From assembly GCA_000934665.2 (NCBI GenBank), contig KZ538093.1, positions 109,305 through 129,304 of the forward strand: a stretch of 20,000 nucleotides of DNA, written 5' to 3'. The translations under genes were made by a program, and so were the position numbers. The notes under the pieces are model-generated. The model did not search any database. It was not told where the DNA came from and saw nothing but the letters and a program-made list of their open reading frames with translations. This stretch comes from Catajapyx aquilonaris (taxonomy: Eukaryota). This document shows, one piece after another, positions 1 through 7,954 of this stretch. Within the stretch, counting starts at the first letter, position 1. Every line of letters begins with the position of its first letter.

Positions 1-158
1 AAAATGGGCATGGACATCTTGTTACATAGGTACTTGCCAATTGGATAGAAAAACCATGGTAAATATATGTCTGGGAAGCCTACGTTTTGAATGTGCCTAA
101 GCGTAGATGATGCTGTCGGCAGATGAGAATAGCACAGGAGGCAGTCAAGAGACCATAA

Positions 159-332
159 GGGGGTGTTTACATGTGAGCGAATTGACAAGCGAAGTCATAG
201 CCGAGTGACGTAACCAATATTCTTTGAGGTGAAAGTAACAATCGACTTTAGCCACAAACAATACTGGTTACTCAGCGTTGTTATCGACGGCCATGACATT
301 GTGCGATCAAATCACTTGCATGTAAACGCACC
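159..332. mobile_element. Degenerate PIF/Harbinger-like MITE
   Basis: Imperfect TIRs gggggtgtttacatgtgagcgaattga versus reverse complement ggtgcgtttacatgcaagtgatttga. Flanked by TAA / TTA. Confidence 0.6.
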
Positions 333-587
333 TTAAAATCACAGCCGACTTTTTATCGCAACCTTCTCTGCTTGCTTCATAGTGCAATACTTGTTGTGCA
401 GTTATGTCTGACAACCACATTTTTAAGATTGCCGTTCAGCATGCCACAGCATAAATGCGTCTGTTACCTATAGACTGGCAAGGGCAGAAATACAAATTCA
501 TTTCAAAGCATTTTGTGGGTTGCCAGAAATGATATGAACCACCCTGCCTTTTCAAATCCACAATAGTAGATGCAGGGAAACGTAGTA

Positions 588-1261
588 TAGGTTGAGAATC
601 TTTCATCCGAAATGCTTGGAACTGGTAGTGTTTGGGACTAGGGATTTTATAGGATTTCGGAATACAGGAAGGTTACCTACCTGAAAATGACAGTAAGTTG
701 GATTTGTACGTGTCATGGATCCCTGAGGAACCCCGCATATACACAGCATGAAAATGCTGCTACAACGAACCGCTTATGTCAGGTGTGTTTGTTTACATGC
801 GCGGAAGAATGCAGTTCCCCAATTATTTATGAATTATACAGTATTTATGCTGAACTAGGTGTCTGTCAACGTATGTAGAAGTGATTGAAAGTGGACCAGG
901 ATAATATATTATTAATTTTCCTTATGGGGAGCCTTGGGAGTCCGTTCGTAAGAGCAGATCGCCATAAGTCTGGTTGTTCATAAACCGGGGACTACCTGTA
1001 TTTTTATATTTGCATACTAATAGATACAATGGGACAGCTTGGGATGGGATAAATGCCTGAACACTATCTTAATAGAGATTATACATCATAGACCCTAGGG
1101 GTAGTTTAAAAAAAATCAAATTTGAATAAATTTGTATACATATACAGTTAATGATGCAAGTCGTACTATATTTGCATGAAATTTTCCATTTGTGACACGT
1201 CATGCCATCACTCAAAGAAACTTTCAGATTTTGGAATTTCGGGTAAAGGATTCTCAACCTG
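588..1261. mobile_element. Tigger/pogo-like non-autonomous DNA transposon (Tigger4/MER46-like ends)
   Basis: TA-flanked TIRs taggttgagaatctttcatccgaaat / atttcgggtaaaggattctcaacctg (TA at 586-587 and 1262-1263). Confidence 0.8.
665..998. mobile_element. Second Tigger-like MITE nested in the 588-1261 element
   Basis: TA|CAGGAAG...GGGGACTACCTG|TA. The right end is a typical Tigger terminus and the left end is degenerate. Removing it rejoins ggatttcggaaTA to the ...tttgcata tract of the host. Confidence 0.55.
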
Positions 1262-1478
1262 TATAAACCTGAACAAAAGGTACATGCGTAATAACTGAAA
1301 CTTCACAAAAACCTGTGACGTCATGATTTAGGCCAAATGTGATGGCCCTTTGGGGTATATTACAGATAGCCCGATTTGATATTGGCGGCCAAAACTTAAC
1401 AAACTCCATGGAAGGAAAGATGGTATGAAGCCCTTTATTTGTGTTAGCTTCGTGATAGCCACACAATTGTCTAGTTTG

Positions 1479-1768
1479 ACCGAAGCAGGTTGGCATAGTG
1501 GATAAGGCGTCCGACTGCTAATCGGGAGGTCCTGGGTTCGAATCCCGGGACCGGCAACTCTGACCGTGGTTTTCTGTGGTTTCCCACGGTCCTTCCAGGG
1601 AAATTCCAGAGTTGCTTCCGTAATTAATAGGCCACAGCCGCTTCCTTCCGTCCCTATCCTATCCCAATGAGCACAGTAAAATGAAAGCAAAGAGTTCCAG
1701 CCAAAACAAACTTTCCCCCTAAAGAGCCGATGGCTGATAACGGGGTATGAATTATTATTATTATTATT
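1479..1768 (+). mobile_element. tRNA-derived SINE (family 1), full length
   Basis: A box TGGCATAGTGG (1491-1501), B box GGTTCGAATCC (1535-1545), (ATT)n tail. Perfect 14-bp TSD AATTGTCTAGTTTG at 1465-1478 and 1769-1782. Confidence 0.92.
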
Positions 1769-2926
1769 AATTGTCTAGTTTGGCTGGTAGGTCTATCTGC
1801 AATGTCCGACTGGCCATGTGCCTGGGGTGAAGAGTCCCTCTGACCCTCCACTGCCGTGAGGCCCACCAGCCTGTTGGTGTACTGCAGAAAACCACAGAAC
1901 TAGGTAGGAAAGTGCAGATGTTTTTCCGACAAACTAGGTATGGCCCCTGAACACAGTATGCTGTACTGGCCTCGAAGCAAAGTTAACATTGCAACATTAA
2001 GAGAGAGAGTACAATTTAAGGAACTGACATGGCAGGCGATGGTAGGAGTAATTGGGATCCAATTATAGTTGCAGAATTAGCCTTGAAGCTGAAGGACTTA
2101 GATGGGAATGGGTCAGCATAAATTCCACTTCAACTGAGTCAATTTTGGTGAACTTTTCACTTAGAATTGCTAGGCAATTTCTTGAAAAAATTACATGAAA
2201 CTCTACGCCCGAGATGATGTCAAATCTGGCATCAATGTGCACCAGAACTATGGCAGCGACTCTTTGATGTGCTTATCTTGTGGCTGTGTCTGCGATAATA
2301 TTGTGGCCATAGTGCATTTAATTAATGGGGAAGGAAGAAAAAAGCATGTAATACTCTTGAATGTGGGTAGGTGTCACTAGTACTTATAAATAAAAGAAAG
2401 GAATAACGAATCAACTCCTTCTATAAGTTGCAACTCCATCACATAATATACAGTACTACAGGAGAAAAAATACCATAACAGCCTTGGTGCAGTAGTGCTA
2501 CCTCCACATGTGTAATGAACCTGTGCATGTTTTAAATCTTTGAAATTCTTCCTCCTAATGAGCAATAATCTGGAACAAGATATGCCATAATTTTGAATTA
2601 GCAAATTTTGACTGTGAGATTCCGTGTAGTGTTAAGTCCCCTTAACCCAGATATGCCTGAAAGATTTTTTGTTTAAATTTTGTTTTTTGTTTTTTTAATT
2701 AGTTCATGATAGTCCCCATAACACAACAAAAATGATAAAAAAAATTATGGAATGCTAGATTGTAAGAAAAGTGCCGTCCCCTACGGGGGACACTCGGCAA
2801 ATGTAACATCTAGTATGGCTATACTGTATATATACAAGGAAAACGTAAGATATAGGCTGCTGTATTGAAATAAAGATGAAAGTGTTTTTTTTAATTCATT
2901 GAAAAATATAAAGAAGGAATGTTATA

Positions 2927-3093
2927 GCTAAGACCCAATGTCCTATACGTATATAGGACATCTAAATTTGCAATAAGTGATTGCAACAAAAATATGAAAT
3001 TCTGAAAAATGACTTCTACACCTCCACTACAGAAGGTTCTTTCAAAGTATTACTAAATAATTGCACAAATGGCTTCTCGGGTCTCAGGAAGGT
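2927..3093. mobile_element. Degenerate short relative of the ATAT-type element at 11026-11891
   Basis: The right end cttctcgggtctcaggaagg matches the reverse complement of 11026-11044. The left end ctaagacccaatgtcc...ggacatc matches the reverse complement of 11511-11541. Confidence 0.5.
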
Positions 3094-3161
3094 ATAGCGG
3101 AAACTTGCTCATTGCGGAATTTTAGAGTCACTTGCTAGTCAGATATGTACAGGTTTCGCTG
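3093..3161. mobile_element. Right-end fragment of a pogo/Tc1-like MITE (copy A)
   Basis: agcggaaacttgctcattgcgg...acaggtttcgctg|TA is homologous to the right end of copy C. Confidence 0.6.
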
Positions 3162-3173
3162 TATATAAATATA

Positions 3174-3377
3174 CAGTGAACGCTGTCCACAACGGACCCT
3201 GTGTATCATGGAAACTTGGCTATTGCGGAATTTTTCTGGTAACTGGCGTATGAAAATTACACAATTTCTGTTATATTCGACGCGGAAATCGTGAACTCTC
3301 CATGCGCCCGTTACCAAAAATTTCGCAATAGGCAAGTTTTCGTTACGTGCAGGGTCCGTTATGGACAGGATTCACTC
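3174..3377. mobile_element. pogo/Tc1-like fold-back MITE (copy B)
   Basis: TA-flanked. Imperfect TIRs of about 78 bp: cagtgaacgctgtccacaacggaccctg... / ...cagggtccgttatggacaggattcactc. Confidence 0.8.
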
Positions 3378-3749
3378 TAGATAAATATGTAGTGAAACCT
3401 GTCCATAACGTACCCTGAGTGTTACAAAAACTTGCCCATTGCGAAATTTTTCCGGGAACGGGCGTATGTATAGGACATAAATACCGTGTCGAATATAGCG
3501 GAAACGGCTGATATACCGTACTATGTATATCCGACATCGTTAAATGGTTCGCGCGCGATCCGCAACAACAGCGGCACTTTTTTTCCTCCCCCACTTTCTG
3601 CCCACAATGCTTTGTGCCGTTGCAGCGTTCACTTCCACTGGTCTTTCCCGTTTGGTGCTGATGACTGGGAAAATCGTAATTTTCAGCGGGAACTTGTCAA
3701 TTACGATTTTTCTAGGGCACCGTGCAATTCTGCTATACACAGGTTTCAC

Positions 3750-4044
3750 CAGTGGCGGATCTAGACGTCGTTGGTGTGTGTGGGGCGGGGGGTGGGGGGT
3801 GGGGTGATTTGTCGCCGCGCTCCCCCCCCCCCCCCCCCCCCCCANNNNNNNNNNNNNNNNNNNNNNNNNNNNNNNNNNNNNNNNNNNNNNNNNNNNNNNN
3901 NNNNNNNNNNNNNNNNNNNNNNNNNNNNNNNNNNNNNNNNNNNNNNNNNNNNNNNNNNNNNNNNNNNNNNNNNNNNNNNNNNNNNNNNNNNNNNNNGGGG
4001 GGGTGATCACCCCGATCACCCCCTCCCCCATAGATCCGCCACTG
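3750..4044. mobile_element. hAT-superfamily MITE
   Basis: Perfect 14-bp TIR CAGTGGCGGATCTA/TAGATCCGCCACTG. Perfect 8-bp TSD GGTTTCAC (3742-3749, 4045-4052). The interior has G/C homopolymer runs and the assembly gap. Confidence 0.9.
3845..3996. other. Assembly gap (152 N)
   Basis: Run of N between a poly-C and a poly-G tract. Confidence 1.
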
Positions 4045-4128
4045 GGTTTCACTGTATCCAAAATAGAAAGTTTGTATGCATGTATGTTTGATTGTACATG
4101 GCAATGGGTTACCAGCATAGCTACGATG

Positions 4129-4158
4129 GTTGCCATGGTAACCCAGTTGCCGGGTAAC
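4129..4158. promoter_or_regulatory. Two tandem RFX X-box-like motifs
   Basis: GTTGCCATGGTAAC (4129-4142) and GTTGCCGGGTAAC (4146-4158) fit the consensus GTYNCC-N0-3-RGYAAC. Function untested. Confidence 0.45.
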
Positions 4159-5174
4159 CCGCGTTTTAAAAATAGGGATTCATAAGAATTCAGTTCGACC
4201 AAACGCACAAAATCCGTACACATACAGTAGCCTAGAGTACCGGTACTTGACTTGCCGGTCCACATGTGGTGCATTTGCCGAGTATCCCTCATAGGGGACA
4301 CCCGATTTCAACGCCACCCTCAGACAAGGAAAGTAAAAAAATATGCCTATATTTCCACATGGACATCATCATTCATAAGTTTTCTAAGTATTACAAACAA
4401 AAAATAACTCATCATGCTAATCAACATTCGATAATTAATTACTAATCGTCTTCGGAACGTGGAGGTGCAGCCATTATTTCCTGCATTAAAATTCAAACTC
4501 CTGTATCTTAAAAATCTGAAGCCATATTGAGCCGGTTTGAACTTGTATAGTTAGCTGGGACTCTACTGAAGCCCCCATCACTACTGCCAGCTCTTTAGCA
4601 GCAGAAGAACCTGTGCAAAAAAATTAAAATGTAACAACTGTGCAGGTGTCCCCTATAGGGCACACTCGGCATATCTGGGTTAAGATATTCAAAAATATGC
4701 TTGAAATACATATCAAGCATTGTTGAATGATATATTAATCATTGACTGTCCCTTTCAAGTAAGAGAAGGTTTAAAAAAAAGAAGTGTCATCAGGTAATTT
4801 TTTTTCATTCAATTCTGTGTCAGTCGAGACACAACCTTTACCAAAATTGACTCATTTGAGGTGGAATAAGATGCAGCAGTTACTATAACACAGGAATGTT
4901 CGTCTATGTACTGCAGGACTGACAGGAATTCATGTTGGGTTCTTGGTCAAGTATGTCACAATGACACAGACTGAATGGACACAAAACAAATTTCATGTTA
5001 GTTTGGTGCACTTAAGATCATGTCTCAACCACACTGCTGCATTTCTTCCATTGTTCAACTTATAGTGGCTGCCTCTCGGGAGCTCCAGCTGTCCCAAAAC
5101 TTGCTCTCTCTATATCCAATAAAAAAAAAAAAAAAAATGCTGTCCAAGTGTATCATGATGATTGGTGTATTTTA

Positions 5175-5969
5175 CAGGTTGTTCCTATTGAAATGACCTT
5201 TTTGTCGATTTTTTAAAACTCTAAGCTGCTTGTTTTTATGCACTTACTCCAGAGTAATCTTGGTGGTTATCAAAAGTATTAGCTATAACTATTAGGCCTA
5301 ATTGAATAATCTGTCGAGCTCTAAATTGCAACGACTTTCCAACTGAGGATGGCCTGCTGGAAATAATGGGCATCGATCGTCAATGACATAACCTATATCT
5401 TGCCGGTCCCTTTGTAAGTGCAAAAAAGGACGGCAGTGGAAGTAACATGTGGGCGGTGTGGAGCGATGAAAGGAAATCAGGGAGGCTGTTGCTGTCTGGT
5501 TGCCAGGGAAACAAAAACAGAATCAGCACTCCGAAAGGGAAATACAATCTCTCAGCTCTCGCATGGAGGATGTTTACCTCGGTGGGATTATAGGAAGATG
5601 ATCCACAATCCCAAAAAAGGTCACTTAATTGCGCATGTGTGATTCTGTAGACATAGACTGTCTTCACTGAGGTAGCATATTGAGGCTGTAGCATTTGGAC
5701 GACGCACTTCACAATCTGTGTGTTGTAAGTTACTGAAGGTGTTATTAGCATTTGAAAGTGAAAATGTTCATTTTTTAAATATTTTCACAATAAGCTGCTT
5801 GTTATCAATTGGTTGTGAGGTTACCAAATATATCAGCAGCTGATGATACATGATATAGACACATCTATTGAAAGCACGAAGTAAAAGTATATCCTGCAAA
5901 TATAATTGGCTCAAATATTGATCTCAGGTGCAAATGGGTCACATGCAATGATTTTAGAAATCCATCCTG
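5175..5969 (+). mobile_element. Highly decayed Tc1/mariner-type element remnant
   Basis: Begins TA|CAGGTTGTTCC. Broken frames give WDYRKMIH...HLIAHV and AFGRR/LCVV/TEG/HL, resembling the transposase C-terminus WGYLK..VY...RRLQ.CI...GGHFEHL. The right boundary is uncertain. Confidence 0.4.
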
Positions 5970-5995
5970 AATAAATGCTTATTGGCACTCAAATA

Positions 5996-6843
5996 CAGTA
6001 AAACTTCTATAAGTCAAACTAAATTATGAGCTTGGTTGGTCACAATAATAATAAAATAACAGGAAATGACCTTCCCTAACTAGAATTTCTGTCCCCTTAA
6101 GTCGAAGTTCATGTTGGCGAGTACGAAAAATTTTCTCATTTCCCAGCCGAAGGGTCGAGCGTAGGCCACATGTACAGAAAGGCTCTTTCCTGATATCCGT
6201 CTACCAGTAATGACTCATGCCATTCGCACCGGGTCCCATGGACCCAGACGTTCCCATCTGTGTTTGATTAAATAACAGAGTTTTTTTTTTACATCAAAAC
6301 AATGAGGAACATGGTAGTGTTATAGTGACAGTTATTTTAAAGTTTTGAACACCTTTCGTCGCTGGATATAAAAGTAGGCTTCCTTATAGAGTTATAATAA
6401 TAATAATTGGGTTAGTGCATAGCCCGTTTTTAATAGGCATCTGGCACGGTGCCTTTATTGCTTTTTAAGGTGTACAAGATTTTTGTTGGTCCTTTTCCGT
6501 AACGCCCGGGTACCGCGAGCGAGAGAAAGGTGACTGGGAGGGGATGTGCAAGAGCAATGCCTCAAACAGTACATTTTGTGAACTCCCTGGGGTGGAGTAG
6601 ACTGTCGGAGATTCCACCCGAGACGAAGCCAGAGACAACCCAACTCTGCACGAGATGAAGGGGGGAATGCCTGGGCTTGGGATCGAACCCGTGACCCTTC
6701 CATCCGTGGGCGCATGTGTTTCCGCAGTGCCACTCCGCCTCCCCACTTCCTTATAGAGTTATGTGCTTAAAATATTCCAAATTCAATCTTCTATAACTCC
6801 TTTTTCCTGTCCTATGGAGATTCGACTTATAGAAGTTTTACTG
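5996..6843. mobile_element. pogo/Tc1-like MITE containing a SINE
   Basis: TA|CAGTAAAACTTCTATAAGTCAAA ... TTCGACTTATAGAAGTTTTACTG|TA (22/23 TIR match). Confidence 0.88.
6396..6745 (-). mobile_element. tRNA-derived SINE (family 2), full length
   Basis: Minus-strand A box TGGCACTGCGG (6722-6732), B box GGTTCGATCCC (6679-6689), (ATT)n tail. Perfect 17-bp TSD CTTCCTTATAGAGTTAT at 6379-6395 and 6746-6762. Confidence 0.9.
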
Positions 6844-7462
6844 TATTAGAAGCCAGTGTATTAGATGGCTCCTAAAAGTAGTGCTGGAAATTAACTGCTT
6901 AACCCCGGGCTCCAACTGTAAGGAATTTGTGAATATGCAAAAACTGAAAATTTTTTGAGAGGGCAGTTCAAACTTCGGTGAATAACTGTTCAGTTAGATT
7001 TATACTTTCAACATAGAGGGCCCAATGTATTTCAGATTCCATGACCTGATTGATTGTGTTATTTGGAATGTAGTGGCCTTGACTTACGTTGGGGAGCGGC
7101 CATCATATTTTACCGAGTTGTTCCTACCCCATTACAATGAGAGTGGGACACAATTGTGTATGCAGAAACTGGTGATCACAAGTACAGCATGCATCTTATT
7201 TCCAAGCTGAAATTACCACTGCAATTTTTTTGTATCCGGTAATAGATCAAAAACAGTGTCAGATTTTATTGCATTACATTTTAGGGGCTCTATGAGATCA
7301 GTGCACACTTAGAAGCAGAAAGTACATTTGGCATGATAACTCACATCTTTTCACATGTGACGTCACACTTGACACAACTTATCTGACTTTAAAAACGATG
7401 TGAACTTCTTGATATGCATAGTATTGTACATGAGGAAGCCAGAGGACTGTATATAAAAAAAC

Positions 7463-7467
<5 letters not shown>

Positions 7468-7536
<69 letters not shown>
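7468..7536. repeat. (AG)n microsatellite, about 34 units
   Basis: Perfect dinucleotide run about 250 bp upstream of the first coding exon's acceptor. Confidence 0.98.
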
Positions 7537-7538
<2 letters not shown>

Positions 7539-7792
7539 CCTCACTTGGAATATACCATATTACTTGGTAACAGACATAGATTTAAGTTGCTTTATGGGGG
7601 AGATTCAACCAGAGAATTGTGGTGACATCACTGAGCCATAATGACTGTCAACAATGAAACAAACAATTAAAGGTTTGTGATATCATGACCATTTTCTGAT
7701 TGAGTCGAAATAATGTGTGGACGAGTTCCAGGAATTTATCTCATTATGATGAAATTGCACTTTTAAATGATTGGACCACCTTTTTTTTGTAG

Positions 7793-7841
7793 GTCTGAGG
7801 CTGCAGTGCTCTAAAAGTGAAGGTAACAATAGAGGAGGATC
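7793..7841 (+). other. INO80D: 5' UTR part of the first coding exon of INO80D
   Basis: Strong acceptor ccttttttttgtag| at 7792 and no ATG before 7842. Implies upstream non-coding exon(s), so 1-7792 is probably a 5' UTR intron. Confidence 0.65.
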
Positions 7842-7954
7842 ATGTTTGAAGGCAAGCACATTCACTACAGCCCATTGGACCACAAGCCACTCTGCTCTTA
7901 TTCCAACAAAGTATGCAAGCAAAGGCGCCTGAATGGCTATGCCTTCTGCATAAG
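7842..7954 (+). CDS. INO80D: INO80D coding exon 1 (start codon; first half of zf-C3Hc3H domain 1)
   Basis: ATG at 7842 with an in-frame TAG upstream at 7830-7832. Translates MFEGKHIHYSPLDHKPLCSYSNKVCKQRRLNGYAFCI(R). Donor AG|GTATGG at 7955. Missed by the ORF track. Confidence 0.95.

Larger units (their letters stand above)
3390..4054. mobile_element. pogo/Tc1-like MITE (copy C), right TIR interrupted by a hAT MITE
   Basis: Starts tagtgaaacctgtccataacg (same family as copy B). Ends acaggtttcac[insert]tg|TA at 4055-4056. Confidence 0.75.
2646..4679. mobile_element. piggyBac-like non-autonomous element hosting nested insertions
   Basis: TTAA (2642-2645) CCCAGATATGCC ... GGCATATCTGGG TTAA (4680-4683). 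An internal quasi-palindromic motif gtcccctayrgggkacactcggca occurs at about 2776-2803, about 4272-4302 (inverted) and about 4646-4671. Confidence 0.85.

Noticed and set aside
1479..1556. Possible tRNA gene (also the heads at 6670-6745 and 9488-9560)
   Set aside because: There is no good acceptor stem or poly-T terminator, and each head runs into a SINE body; two have tails and TSDs.
3540..4301. Long Gly/Pro-rich ORFs around the gap
   Set aside because: They are artefacts of N and G/C homopolymer runs inside nested MITEs.
5840..5880. CTGATGA...GAAA hammerhead-like core (also near 3658 and 8724)
   Set aside because: Stems I-III cannot be formed around the core.
7414..7641. ORF with an RERERE tract
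   Set aside because: It is a translation of the (AG)n microsatellite.
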